Shown piece by piece: positions 38,008 to 53,700 of a stretch of DNA of 64,000 nucleotides (position 1 is its first letter; every line of letters starts with the position of its first letter). The position numbers were made by a program, and so were the translations under genes. The notes below the pieces were generated by a model. It worked only from the letters and a program-made list of their open reading frames with translations. It did no database searches and was not told where the DNA came from. Source of the DNA: Seison nebaliae (lineage: Eukaryota); the NCBI GenBank assembly GCA_023231475.1, contig JALJEE010003089.1, positions 1 to 64,000 of the forward strand, in the 5' to 3' direction.

Positions 38008-38690
38008 GTGAAGGTGAAAGGACATCGATGGAAAATAATGATATTTTGATTTATAAAATTAACGATTTTATCATTCAATTGAATAATCGATATGAAGTAT
38101 CAGGAATGAAAGAAATTGATGATTTGATTACAATGATTGAGGAGAGTGAGAATTTTAAAGTTGAAAATCAAAAACTCGAATTAAATTTTATAAAAAATGC
38201 TCATTATCTGATGATCGATCGAATTATCTCTCTCTTATTTTTATCAGTTCTATGTCGTACTTCACTTCCATCTGATGATTCGATTGACAATGATATCTTC
38301 TCAAAAAAATTATCATCATTCATCCCATTATTATCCGCATATATTGGAGATGGTAATGAGAAAATTGAACTGATGTTGATCGATACGATTCTTCATTTTA
38401 TTTATGACTTATCTAAACCATTCAACTTATCACCAGATACGGCGGTGAAAATGATATTCGACTTATACGATGATGACATTCTTCATGATGATATGATTAA
38501 CGAATGGTTCACCAACTTCCAATCATTGAATGAAAAGAAATTGACTGATGATAACACGAATTCAATGGTAACTTTCGAATTGATAAACTTTCCTCCAATT
38601 TCTGTTCCTAATAACTTCCTGTGTTATGTCGAAGCATTGATTGATCGTTTAAATGAATCAGATGATGATGATGATGACGAAGAAGAATGA
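36444..38690 (+). CDS. EIF2B5: Translation initiation factor eIF2B subunit epsilon (divergent)
   Basis: Nucleotidyltransferase-like N terminus (SIGDVFR..FVV), left-handed beta-helix hexapeptides (IGSTVNIGENCIVRNCRIGNRVTI), acidic linker and W2-type C terminus LYDDDIL.DDMI.EW...LNESDDD. Confidence 0.8.
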
Positions 38691-41600
38691 TGGAATGTAA
38701 TTTCATCTATTTATTGAAATTATTGACCATATTTATGATATTATTATTTAGAGAAAAAATATAATTCGTTCAAATATTCCTAATATATTCCTCTTATTTT
38801 TTTCAAATTTTCCTCATATTGTTAATCTCTTTTTATTTTTTTCTTATAGACTAACAAAAGATTATTTAAATTAATATCATTTCCATATTATCCATTAATT
38901 TCCGTTATTATCTATAAAAATTCCACAGTTTTATATCGGTTATGATTATAAATATATAACATTCAATTTCAATTTAAATATAACAATTGGTATTCAATTT
39001 TATTAATTCAATTTTGACAGTTTTACAAACTGTTTGCCAACGATTTTTAATCGGTAATAATATCATGTAATAATGACCTAAAAATTAATTTACTTGAAGG
39101 AAATTATTTCATGAATGAACGTCTTGATTCAATAAAGTTTAATGTTATTTTTCGTTAAAAACAGTTTTAACAGTTTTAACCTTCACTTCTTCATAAGAGT
39201 TGTAAAAGACTATGCATAACGTTAATAAATGTATTAAATGATATTCGAATAAAAATTCTGATTTTACTATGGGCACGATCATTATATGATAACATCATAC
39301 GTGAAGGATTCGTTGAGGGAAGGGAAGTAAGGAGATGAACGATGTTATTTGTTGTATGAACGAAGTTAGATCGATAAGAAATGGACTGATTGTAAAGGAA
39401 GTATATGATCTTTTGAAGTTTTCTTATAAGTTTTCACTTAAATCAACGGTTATGAGACACCTGATTAACTATCTTTACAGTTGTCGACGAACAATCATAA
39501 CATATAAGGAAAGTTGTTCATGTCAGTAAGAATTTAAATTTAAATTAGATAATTTAAAATTTCGACTTTCTAATATTCTATTTTTATTAGAACTTTCTAT
39601 ATAGTGCACTCGGTCCATATATGTTAGGAGATATGTACGAAGAATAGATGTGAAATGATTTGTTTGTATTTGATGGTATGAAGATGGTAAGGGGGGAGAA
39701 CGATTAAAAGATTTTATAGTGAAAACGAACTTTTCATTTATTGGACAGCGGTTGATAGAATTGAACCGCCATAAAAATGTCGTTATTTACTACTAATGCC
39801 AAAAAAGTAAACTAGTGGTAGTGGAAAGACTGGAACGAACACCAACTATTGAAAACGCCTCAACAAATAGATTTATTTCACTTCGTCTTCCATTGTTGTC
39901 TGTAACTGGGAAATTTATTTATACTTATTACCATATTACGCCGGTTTATATGGTGAATATACATATCATCTATTATTCGTTCATGGGAGATTTGTAGAAA
40001 GAACTTTATCGCTCCAAATACAATTTTCCCTCTTGATTAATTTTAATCAACGTTTTCGTGTGTGTGAAAGTTTTGGTTAATTAGGAATGGACTGACGGAT
40101 GATAGTTTTCGTTCGAGTTATCTGACGTCTGATGACTTTAAAGAAGAATTCGGAGAGATTTTATGTTAATATCATTTCCCGATTTCCGGTAAGAATATAT
40201 TGGATTGTTTCTACGAATATGAATTATCTTCACGTTCCATCTCTAGTGAGATTTCATTCTGCTGTTTTGCATTAATCACATGTTCTCACTGTTCCGTGTT
40301 GTCCCTCATTAAACTACGATAATAAGTGGTTGGAAAGATATTTATCATTTTTCCTTTATCATATCTCATAATCAGTTCACGACAATTCATATTTTCTTCT
40401 TCCATTTTCTACCCGATGTTTATTCTCTCTATAATCTCCCTCCACTTGGCCACATCTCCTCATCACCACGACGAATAAGGTGGTAGAGCCCATTGTCTAT
40501 CGGACGATCAAGACAAAATTGATAAGTGGCGAAGAAATTTATAAAAGAAGATTTTATCTTCATCAAAAATCTATTTTCGTCAAAACTTCCACGTAAACAC
40601 ATCAATCAAACATTGATTCCCATTCCTCCTACCGAATTTCAATTTGGTTTTCTTTCTAGTCGAAATTGATGAAGCAATCCAAAAAACAAAAACATTCCTT
40701 CTCACAAAACATATTTATCAACCGATCTCCGAACAGTAATGAAGAAATGAAATTTACATTTCTTTCAACTTTCATTAGGAAACAATTTCGAAACATTTCT
40801 TCATAAAAATCTTCTCGCATTAACGAATATCCTCGTCAATCTTTTATGAAAATTCATTTTAATAAATTACAATAATTCTAATACAAATTCTATTGAATGA
40901 ATTTCATTAAGTCCATTCAAAATAATGTACAATTAAGCAGAAGAAAGAAGAAATGGGAAAAGATTATTTTTCTTTTGATGGACAGTCAATTTGTTTGATA
41001 TGAGAATAGTGGTCAGTTGGTGAAGTGGGAAAGATGTTGCTTTCCGGTTTTATCCATTTTTGACTAATGGTCTCCGATCGGTTCTAACGAAGTAAGAAGA
41101 ACGAATTGTGATTATATTGATGAAAAATTGATAAAAAGAAGTGAAAGGAGGTATAGTGTTGATTTTGATAATTATAGCGTTCTATATTTTCGAAAAACAT
41201 GTACTAGTTTGCAGATACGTTACCTAAAAACTTTAATTATTTTGATACACACCAGTTGGTTGAGTTGGAGAAAGGAATATGATCGAGACAACTCAATCGA
41301 CTCGCCACTTGTCTCATATGTAATAAAGAAACTATTTCGATAAGTTGAGACTCTAAAAAAAATATTATTGATTATTTGATTATTGATTAATCGATGTCAA
41401 TCCGATTCTCATATAAATGACACGAGAAGAAAAAAGAAATATCAATAAACTTTTCTCAATAATTCTAAATTGAGAAATGGAAAAGTTCGTTCGGAGAAGG
41501 AAAACTTTTTTAAGTTTCTTTACAAGTTGATTTGAATTTTTTTGTTTACTTCGAATGAGCATCGATAAGTTTCTCACCAGTTTCTCATTAGAAGTTCAAT

Positions 41601-44600
41601 TCGTGAATCAATAGAAGATTAAATTATAGGACATGTTTCCAGATCGTTTTAACATACGATGATCATTTTCGACGGAGTAAGACAAGATAATGATGAGAAG
41701 TGGAAGAATAATAAGCAAGTGTGGACTTTCGCCAAATTAACGTGGTGTAACTGTGAAAAATATTTTAAATTGTTTAATAAAGTAGAATGGGACAATGATG
41801 ACCACCGATTATTATGATGATTATAGATTTTGTTCAGCTCTCAATTCTCCATAGATAAAGGAAGCATAATAGAATTTTGTCTGCATCTTCTCATTTAAAC
41901 TCGATTCTTCCTAATACTCGTCATAATGGTTGGTTGAGGATAAAGTGACAATAGAAATGATTTAAATGTGAATGGTAAATATGGGATATAAGGTGGATTT
42001 TTATGGTTATTGTAAAATGTTACGAATCGCTACATCTCAATATTCATTCTTTTCTCATCATACGTAACAAACTGAGATGTCTATTCACTGTTTACCCTTT
42101 TAAAATTCTTTCCGAAAAATTTTATTTTCTTTTATCGAAATTTTTAAATTATTCACTTCTTCTTCAGTTATATTTAATTTAAATACTAATTCGATTTTGG
42201 TTGGAATGTTTCTGATCGACTTTCATTTGATCATTGTGGGAAGTGCGAATATTTTTATATTTTTATTTTCGATAATTTATTGACAATTATTATAAGTTAT
42301 TTTAAAATTCATTTCAATAGATGGATTTTCTGGAATGGTGAGATTGATTCACTGAATCAAATTTAGTTGGAATGAAATCTCCTTAGAATGATGATGAAGG
42401 AGAGATGGAATGAATTTCAGGATGTGGAGGAGAAAAAGTGGAAATCTGTCCGGATAAAGAAAATAAATCTCTCAAATCATAATTTGTTATTTTTTCTCCT
42501 TCTTCTCGTTAGTTCATTAACCAACATAATGGTTTCTCTTCTCTCACATGGATAATTATGAGAATATCCGAATCATCATTCCCATATGCAATTATACATT
42601 TCGGATTTGACCGTATCGATCTGGTCATTTTTTCTTTCCACTCTCTTCTATTTTCGTTTGATTCGTCTTCAAAATTCTCGATTGGAAATGGTGATCGATA
42701 AATTTCCATTATTTACTTATCGACTAATTGATTAAGAATGGAATGGTTCTTATTGGAGATTGTGTAGATGAATATGGGTAGAATGAGTGAATGTGTGAGT
42801 TCATTTGGAATACTGATAATGATCAAGCTATGTCCCACAAATCATTATTATTATTTTTGTCATTGTGATGATGACGATTATATCGACTTGATATTATCGA
42901 TCCCTTATTTGAGTATTTGCCATTTATGGAGGATTTGGGGATAGGAGAAATTAATAGAAAAAGTTTCATTTTCTATCGAACAAATTGTGAGTTTGGATGT
43001 TTGGTGATGAAAGGTAGAGAATTGAGATAATTCGGTAGTTCAAATCATTCAAATAGACGAGTTATATGATGAGGTAAATGACAAATAGGTGTTTCATTCA
43101 TAAATTGATAAGAAATGGATGTTTGTTCATCGTTTGTGGTGTCCTCATTCTCATCATCATGTTACACAATCGGCCAATAGAGAAAATGTTTTCAAATGGA
43201 CAGAACGTAACGTGAATTGAGAACATTTAGATATTTATCTGTAATGTGGGAGGGGGAGATGGATTATCTGGAGTTACTTATTAAATGTCTGAAAATAACC
43301 ATCGTAACAATTTGATGTTATTCTATCCCAAGTTATTTATGCGATGTTTTTTTTTATGAATATTCATCTATCAATTAAACTTTGTCATTTTTAATATTGA
43401 TCGAATAGATCGGTTCATTCATTTATCAAATGCAATGAAGCGCATGGTCACTTTTTTCGTGTTCATTGTACATTCTTTTTCATTCTTCCCAAATTGGCCA
43501 TCACCTTTCTCCCCCCTCTCCTTTCCCCCACCAATTCCCATCCATCATATTTATTCGCGCTCTTCACAGAGCAATAACGTCGTATATACAACCCAATCAT
43601 ACGAATTGAAGTGGAGACTCCCCACTTGGGAAGAATGATTATTATATGGCTGGAAACGGAGTACAAAAACCATTCCTCCCAATACCTCACAATTAAGACC
43701 GAAAAACTCCCTTCAAAAACTTAACTGACATTGATCATATTTAGTTAATTCGAAATTAGTTTATTTCTCCAACAACATTCCTTCTCTCTCGTTATCATTC
43801 ACATATATCAGAGATGAATTCGTTTAGATTAATTTAACTCTTCTCTTAATGCCTTTACGATTTTTTACTTTATTAATTTTCTTCAAATTTGAACATCCAA
43901 TTTTTTTATAATCATCATTATTAACAATTTCTCAAATCGACGAATGTTTTGGAATTGTTATCAGATTTTATATATCAATTGTTATGATAGGTCAGAAAAT
44001 TATGATATTGGAAATTCTGTTAGAGAATTGTCAAGTTGAAAGAGATTCCACCTCTTCAGTTTTAACATTTTATCAACATTAAACATGAGAGATTGTGTGT
44101 GATTTATTCGTTGTTATTTGTCGCACTTGTTGGTGTTGGTTGAAATTATATAATCATTGACCGGTCGCATCCGTCCCGGTTTTTCACCGATTTAATTTCC
44201 AAATACTTTTTTGCGTTGTCAACGAACAAACAGACACAGTTCTTCTGCTCCAATACAGTGGAATAACATACCAACTTCCTCATCTACTCACACGACGTAT
44301 TATGGGAATTATGATGGTGGAATTGTTTCTCTTATTTGTTGAGAATGATGGAATTCATCGTCATTATTCTACTAAATGATTTCAATTCTTTGTGAGAGTG
44401 AGACGAACGGGAAGTAGAATTTATTGATTGACTTTATTTATTAGAATAATTCCAGTGGATATGGATAATTGAATTGGAGAGAAAACGATTTGCTGAATTT
44501 CCATTTCTCAGACTCTTTCTTCAACAATCACCTATTTAACAGATGTCGAGTAGATGTCGGTAATTGGATGTTTAGAGAATGAGAACAGTTCTTTCAATGA

Positions 44601-47600
44601 TCTCGAAGTGAATTCGAATGTTCATTAACTCCCATGATGAAATCGAATAAGTTTCTTTTTTTTTAATTTCATCTTTCGTCATATTTTCCTCAATTCATCA
44701 TTTGTAAAACACACAAAAATTATAAAGAGGATAGAATTTAGAGTGAGGATGAATAAGGAAGTTCTCCTTATTCCGGTTTTGAAGTCGTCAGTATCGTTGT
44801 CGTAGTCGTCGTCGTCGTCGTTACAGGTTCATTTCCGTTCTCAATGTCTTTAGGCCGATTGACGGTGGAAAAGGAAAGAACTCATTTCCATAACTTCAAA
44901 ATGAATGAGAAGAGAAAGAAGAGATTTGGTGGAACTGCATCAATTTCGTTAAATTAAATGAGAATTAATGAAATTTCCTAATTTTATTTATATTTTCCTT
45001 CAATTCTTTCTCCCAACGAAAATTACTTCTCCTTTTTCTTCTTCTTCTTCTTCTTCTGATTATTCATTAAAACAATCGATATCTTCATCGGTAAACGACT
45101 GACTGACAGTTCCATTGTAATTGAAAAGATGTTATAATTAGAGTAGGACGTCCTTGATTGGCAAGTCATTCCATTCAGCTTCTACTACTTCACTTCGCAG
45201 TAGTTCACCAAAACGATTATGTTAATGATACGAAGGTAAAGATTCGACGGATGTAAAACCGACAATTGGAGGGGAAGTTGAGCTAATTGATTTACTTTTT
45301 GTTTGTTCCTCCAACTCTTCCTCCATCATTTCTCAGAAAATAAAACAATTACTATATTTCCTAATTTCATCATATGTTTTTTTTTGCGGTTCTCTTATCA
45401 TACCCATCTTGTTATTGTTGTTGTTGTTGGGTAACATCAGCCGATGATCATATCCGAAATGGATTAACGTAATACAATTTTGGTGTTATAATTATATTCT
45501 ACAACTTCCGCTGATGCAAATGAGATGACATGATGTTAGAATGATGAGTTCAAAATGAAATTAAACAGGATATGTTAACCTAACCAAATTTTTTAATATT
45601 ATCATTATTTATCAAGAAAACTTTACGGTTACTAAGCATGTCTAGTCTCTTCCCATAATCCATTCGAAATGTGCTATATCTCAAAAGATGAACATTAGTC
45701 CGAGCGGACAACAAATGAATAGTGCAGTCTCGAATAGTCGATCTTCTCATCATCGGACCTCATTCAATGGAACAATTAATGACGAACAGAATAATGATTT
45801 CTATTCAATGAGTATTTATTTCAACATCCAAAGATAATTATGGTCGGAGCCGGATATTAGATTAAGGGAAGAATCACAATTGTACACACACACACACTCA
45901 CACACCCACACTCGTATAGTCTTAGGAGTTTCTTTCTTCGACGTATATCTAATAGGGAACATATGGATATTAGTTGAATGGCAGAGATGTGAAGGGGCTG
46001 ATGCGGATATAAGAGAATTGAAGGAATTATAGAGACCAAAAGAATAAGAGGAAAATGGAAGAATCGGTATGTTTGTGGTTGTGGTTCGATTTTATGCATC
46101 AATCGCGCACTTGACTCCTCATCTGTTCAGTTTTACTTCTCTTTTCTTTCATTAGACGACATGCAAATGAGGCTTGAGTGGTTATTATTATTAAGTGAAC
46201 TTCTTTCTTATTACGTGCCGTTAACTGTATTATTCGCATTTTATCGTAATTCTATCATCATCCACAACACATTCCTATTTTGTCCTACTCCTCAACCAGG
46301 TTACTAATCATTATGTTCATCATACAAATTTGTTATGTCATTCATCTTCTTCTTCTTCTTCTCACCTTCCCAAAATTATTTATCAAATTTTAACAACATT
46401 TTTCCTTCTTCTTCTTCGGCTTTTCCAGTTCTACAACTTCCATTCCAATTTACTCGTAGGCCTCCTCCAAACATAAGTGCCATTCCGAATTTAGTTCCAT
46501 TTAAAATAGAAACATTACGATTTTGTTGATCTTTAACATTACCATTCGTTGCCACATCCATCCAACGATTGACGTGTCGAAGAATATGAGAAAATAATTC
46601 AATTTATCTCTTCTCTTCATTCGATTCTTCCTCTAACTATCTTAATCAGTCTCAGCCATTTCAAGTCGCGCTAGCGAACTCAGTTAACCCACTCCCAGTA
46701 ACTATCGCTCGTCATATGTAATGGAATTGGAAGTAAATATTGATGACCTTCAACACCAATCAACCACAACGATTGTTAGCACACAAGAGGCACAATTATT
46801 CCTCATGTAATCGAAAGAATTCTATTCGAGATTATCTTCTTTGATTATATAAAGATCAAGTCCTTTCCATCCTCTAATTTTTTTCTTCCCATTCTCCCAA
46901 TTGTTCTCTCATTCTTTTTTCCTTCTCTTATTTCTCTCCCATTATCATTTCATCTAATTGAAATTATTAATTTTTTAATTTCAATTTCCAATAATTCCAC
47001 TTGCTCAATCTCTTTATTAAATACAATAAACTTACCGTTTCTGGCAGAATTCAAGTACCAATAATTTCATTATTATTCGTAAAATCATTTGATGATTATG
47101 TTACATTATCTACCAATTATTCGACATCGATCAATCTTCCAATTGCTCCCAATTTAATATCGAAAGTAGGGAATTAGTAAATTGGCAACCAAACTATTCC
47201 GTCAATTTTCCTCCTCTTCTATATCCTTTTCGTGATAATACAAAATGTTTAACAATGCCATTCCACTTCGTCGTCGTTACATTCCGATAGTGTAATCGAG
47301 TGAAAGAATGACGCCTTCCTCCCTCCATATTGGATGAACTATTGATTCGCTCTTATTTCATAATCATATCAAATATCTTATTTGATATGTCATCATATTT
47401 CTGATATTTCTCATTCGAGCCACCTTCAACAAAATCATCAATAATATCTATAAGCAGATGTGCAATATCATATCATCATCCTTCTGTATCATTCTCCTAT
47501 TCTTTTTTTATTGAAGACAGAAAAATAATTTGAATGTTCTCTCCTTTCTCTTCGTCATTTGAAAGTCTCATCAAATTTCACCAAAACGAATTCCTTTTCG

Positions 47601-47794
47601 TGCTAAACAACTCAATCGTGAAACTTCTCAAACTTTTTCTTACTCTAAACAATTTTTCTTCCTACTGAAAACGATTGAATAAATTTTTCATAATTTCATC
47701 CTCTCCAACAATTTTTCATTTAACTTTTTTTCATTTCATTCCAAAACAGAAAAATAATTCGTCATTCTGAAAATCATAATAATTCTCGGAATCA

Positions 47795-50700
47795 ATGAAG
47801 GTGAAAATTACAAATTTTAAATATAAACGAAAAATCATGACGACGATAATGTGTCAGTATAATCTGATGATTCTTCTACTCTTCAATTTGATTAATGTTA
47901 TATTTCCTTATCGGATCATTCATCAGAATACCCAACAAATATTGGGATCACATCAAATACGAATGAGAAGTCAATTTCCTGTCATTTTCTATTTGAGTAG
48001 GAGTGAGAAAGACGAACAAATCATTCTCCAACAACATACCATCAATAATGAAATTCGAACATTTTGTAAATTTCCTTACGAGCCAATTATCCGATCGTCA
48101 ACATCGACACCGACGAGAAATGCAACGGAATTCATGAGGAAGATTCCCATTTACCAAATGGCACATTTTTTCTGGAAAACGACTTTATATCTCCTCATTT
48201 GTTCTCATGATAATTGTCAGATGGTAAACTTGAAGAATTGTAAGAGAATGACCATTAATAATTACCATCAGCAAACGGTCAATACACATGATGGTGATGG
48301 TGATGGTGCCGATGATGAAATGAATGATGACGAGAAACCGTTTAATAAGAACCAGAAATTATTATATTATTCAGCAATTGGCAATAGTCTAACATTCTCC
48401 AATCGGAACAATCAATTAATTGGGAAATATGTGAATGTGAGAAATGTGCGATCGAATCGACTTCAATTATATAAAATAAATAATTCGAAATTTACGTTGA
48501 TTCAAATGAATGAACTTCGTCGATCGTATGAAGATTCTTATAATTCCATATATCATTCCGAAACGATTTATGATATCGATATCGAGAAACATGAGATGAA
48601 GATCAGGAAATTATCTGTCGCTCTAAAACGGATTGTTTTGAGTACAATTTATGAATTCTCTTATGAAGGTTATCGATATCGATTCGTCAATTTATGGAAA
48701 CAATCAGTTTGTAAGAATGAGGAATTCTGTTCGGCTGTTCTCATACGCAAACATGCACAATGTCCAGGAAAGAATCGTTATACGATATTAGTTCGATTGG
48801 AGTTGAAAGAGAAAATATCGTCATTGCCAATTCTCTTGACATCGGCGAAGAAAATGGAAGATAAAATTTATTTTACTTTTTTATTCACTCGAATTCATAA
48901 TAACGAATATGGTTCAGTTTTAGTGGCTGCCAATTTCATTAAAGAGATTCAGAAAATTGCAATTTCGTCACACAACTTTTCCGCATGTCGTCATCAATAT
49001 CCGGGAAATGGTGAACGATTATTACCGTCATCTAATTCTATTATTCTCTCCAATTCCCAAACGATGTCAAATGTGATTTTATCCAAATTGTCCGTCGTCC
49101 AAATGAAACGAGAGAAGGAAAAGAAGAAATTCACTTTATTATTCGTCTCGACATTAAACGGAATTGTCTTGAAATTTTCCGAGAAGTTATTAGAATTATA
49201 CGATAAAGATATTATTGGAATTCCCAAGTTTTCTGAAGATTTCTTTCTTATGTTTCCCAAAATTTACTTTTCCAATTTATATCAAATTTATTCGATCGAA
49301 CTCGATTCCTGTTCATCGAAAACTAACTGCAACAAATGTCTATATGAAAAATGTTGGTGGAATGAGAATGAGAACGAATGTCTCTCTCCATTGACGGATG
49401 TGGTTAATGTCAATCTGCAACGATCATGTAGTTGGGCGCGATTGATAACGACGAAAATCTCTTCGAATCATTTAGATCATTTCCAATTGGAATATATTGT
49501 GAGTGATGAGAAATTGAGGAATGAATCGATCGATTATTGTTCAGTGAATTTGATGGGAACGAATATTTCCATTAATTCAAGTTCAGTTGAGAAAAATATT
49601 TGTGAATTCGTTGGAATGAACAATGAGATATCGTTTATTCATCAGCCGATTATTGAAGGGAAAGTTTCGGTGAATCAATTGAATCTCAATGAGAAATTGT
49701 GGATAATCGATTGTGAGAAGTTCGTAATGTGTTACGATTGTATTAATTCATCGTCATTTTGTTCATGGAATTCGCTAAGTGGGAAATGTTCGATGAGAGA
49801 AAAGAATGAAATAGATGATGGATTATTGCATACGAGAACATGTCTCGAATGGTCGACGGAAATTTCTGAAGATTATACCGTTCTTGATGGTGACAATGTT
49901 CGTTATCTCATCAGTTTGACAGGAACGACTGATTTCTTCCATTGTGATTTATTCGAATGTTATTATCAATCGATAACATCGAATAGTGGAAATTATAAGT
50001 TCGATAAAACTTGTTTATCTTCATCGAAGACTCAAATTGAAATGAGATGTGATTCTCCTACACGATATATGAAATCAGGTGAAATCTATCGAATTCATCT
50101 CTTACAAACGTCAAATAATCAGATTGTGCATTCCAGTCAAAATACTACGTTCCGTTTGAAAACGTGCGAAGACTATAGTGATTCATGTATCCGTTGTATG
50201 TCGGAGAGAATTGGAAAAAAGATGAATTGTGTTTGGTGTAGTTCGGAGAAGAAATGTCTTCATTATCGTCGATGTCCCGTTACGGGAATATTAAAGGAAT
50301 CGTGTGACGTTCAACATATCGATTCAATAATTCCTCAATATTTCGTACGTGGTTCAATTATTGATTTGGAAATTAATGGACGAGATCTACCCATCGATTA
50401 TTCATCAATTAATCGTATCATCATTAAAGGCCGTTTATGTGAGAAGACGAACAAAAGAAAATTCATACCATATCGACGGTTTTATTGTAAATTACAGAAG
50501 GAGATACCTCGATATAAAGGAAAATCGGAAATTAAATTATTTGATGGTAAACAAATGGTGTTTCATGGTGATGAAATCGATATCGAAGAAGTCGTTCCCG
50601 TTCTCCATAATATTCAACCGAATTCTGGTATCGTTTCTGGTGGTGTCAATATCAGTTTGTATGGAAAATGGTTGAATTGTGGGAAGGAGATTGAAATCAA

Positions 50701-53700
50701 ATTTGTCAATCCATTTCAAGAGGATATGAATAATTGTGATATTATTGAGAGGAATGAAACGAATATCATTTGTAAAACGAACTATTTACCGTATAGCGAA
50801 GAACCATATCTGATGATTTTGACAATTGACCATATTAAGATCGGTTCGTTCCCATTCTACATCTTAGACAATCCCATCATTTATCATGTGGAGATGGCCA
50901 ACTCAATTCTCAGTGGTGGTATACCGATTGTGGTTCATGGAAGTCATTTCGAAAATATCCAGAAAAGTTCTATGGAATTTCGTTTACTATCATCCAATTA
51001 TCATCGATTAATGACATTCTATAGTCCATGTAACAATTCGGAACAAAATAATTATTATCGATGTTACACTCCTGATATTCCTGATTCCATATCTCATAGT
51101 TCATCTGATTTAATTGGAAATATTCGATTCCATTTTGATGATTATGTTTATCCACCTCAATCCAAACAATATCATAGTCACGTTCGTTCGTTGGTTGAGG
51201 ATAATACGAAAGATATTTCCAATCTCTTCTTACAAATCTATTCGAATCCGAAAGTGGACGATGTCGAATGTTTTGGGAAGTTCGTTCGAATTCGAGGAAA
51301 CAATTTTTACGGTCAAGGAGCTCTAACGGAAAAAGATTATAAAATTATTGCTAATAATGCACCTTGTTTTATCATCAAATTTTCTAACGATCTCATCGAC
51401 TGTTCCCTAAACGGAACATATTCGAGATCATTATCTAATCTACAGATTCAGGCAGTCGGTTGGAGATATTCGACGAATTCTTTACGATTTTCTCTTATAC
51501 CAACAACCGTTCCTATAACCGTCACTCAGAATTTACGAATTGGTATTAGTGAGGAATTGAAAGAGAAGAAATCGGATCGAACTACTTGGATTCTATCCAG
51601 TTTTCTTGGGTTATTCTTTATTGCCATTCTACTCGGATCGTTATTGGTACGTCGTCGATTGATTCATGAGAAGAAGAGTCAGAAGAATATTGAAAATAAA
51701 ATGGAAAATTTTGAAATGTTAGTAGTGAATGAGTGTAAAGATGCATTCGTCGAAATGCAAATGGAATCATCAAATAATTATTCGTTAGTCGAGACGAATT
51801 ATAACGATTATCAACAATTATCTTCTATTACAAATCAGACGAATGGAATAAATCCTGCAAACTTACAATCGAATGGTTGTATCGACGATATGATCCTCTT
51901 ACCACCACTCAATCAATTGTCAACATTTTCTTTAAAAATCTTCTTTCCAGAAAATATTCTGAAAGAATTCCGATCATTATCATTTCGTTCGAATCAAAAT
52001 GAGAATTCGAATGAGAAAATTTCCCCAAAAAATGATGAACGTTTGGAGAGATTGAGAGAATTCATCCAAAACCGGTTAGATGGTGATGACGGTCATGGTG
52101 GTGAGATGGGAGTTGATTCTCAAAACTTCATACCGAAACGATCGATTGCCACAATTTATGATTTGTTAATGAACGACTCGTTTATGAAATGTCTTTTAAA
52201 TGTACTCGATAATAATATGAAGATGACTGTGACGGATCGTATAAGATGTTCCACTTTTATCTTCGTCATTTATTTAACGAATTTGGAGAAGTTATTACCG
52301 ATAATTAATCGTAATTTGAAGGAGAAGATTGAAGAGAATTTGGAGAACGCAAAAATGTTATTTCGTCGAAATGATTCAATTGTCGAGAAATTGATTGTTA
52401 ATTTTTGTACGATTCTTCTCTACGATCATTTCCGTGGGAAGATGGCACATGCATTATTCTTGTTACATGATTCTGTTCGACAAGTCATTTGGCGTGGTGC
52501 CATTGACGAATTGAATGGACGTTCTAAATATTCGTTGACATTGGATAATCTTCTCCATCAACCGATTAAAACGAAACGAATTTTTGCACAACTCAAATTC
52601 ATTCCGTCCTGTCTCCAATCACAATTGTGTATAGTGAATGAGAAACATATCTTCTCCGACGATATCCATTCCAATGATGATGCCACGTCATTATATGAAC
52701 ATGTCAATCAAATACATCGATCATCAAATAGTATCGTCATGATAACGACTGGCAACAATTCCAAATGTTCCAACATTTCAAGAACGAATTTGACGAAACG
52801 AGCTACCGCATCAGATTTATATGCGAATATCAATAAATCTTCTGATAACAGTCAATCTCAACATCAACAAATCACTTCGAAAATTTTCTCTGATACAAAT
52901 CCGTTAAATAATAAATCGAAATCGAAAGTGATATCACCCAACACCTCCTGCTTATCTGATTATGGTTCTGATATTATATCGCCACAAATCGAATTAAGTA
53001 ACTCCAGTGATAAGTCGAGTGGATTCAGTAGTAATTGTTCGAGTGACAATCATGGACATATTATTCGAAAATCGAGAGAATTCCAAGAGAATTATTTCAA
53101 TAAAAAAATTCAATTATTGAATTGTGATTCGGTGGAACAAATAAAAAAGAAGATTTTCTATTTCTTATATCGTGGAGCAAAAATGAATTGTCAAACGTCA
53201 TCTTATGATATTGGAATGATCAATTTAAATTCTAATGATGATTCTTCTATCGATTCAATTGATGATAGAAATGGTGAGAAGAGACTAAAGGAGACTTTAC
53301 AATTACTTCATCGCATTAATTATATTGAAGAGAATTTAGGACAATTGGATATAAAATCAAAATTTAATTTCTCTTTAAAGAACCATCAAAATTTGAGAGT
53401 GACTCGAAATTTCTTACAGAAAAATCGATCGCTCAGTTTCCCATCGGAATGTCCGAGAGGTAAATGTCATTTACGCTCCACCAATTCCACTATACCACTC
53501 ATAAATAATTCACTTGACAATTTACTTTTGTCAACGAACAGGATATGTTCGAATTCTACGTCGAAATTCGACAAAAACTCATCGATGTTCTGGCGAAGGA
53601 AAAAGACGTTATTGAATCGTTTACGAAATCGATGGAGAAATAAACAGAAATCACAATCGATACCAAATGCCGTCTACATCGATCGACAACAAACATTACA

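Noticed and set aside
44160..44185. miR-92-like GCATCCGTCCCGG
   Set aside because: The seed ATTGCAC is absent and there is no convincing precursor hairpin.
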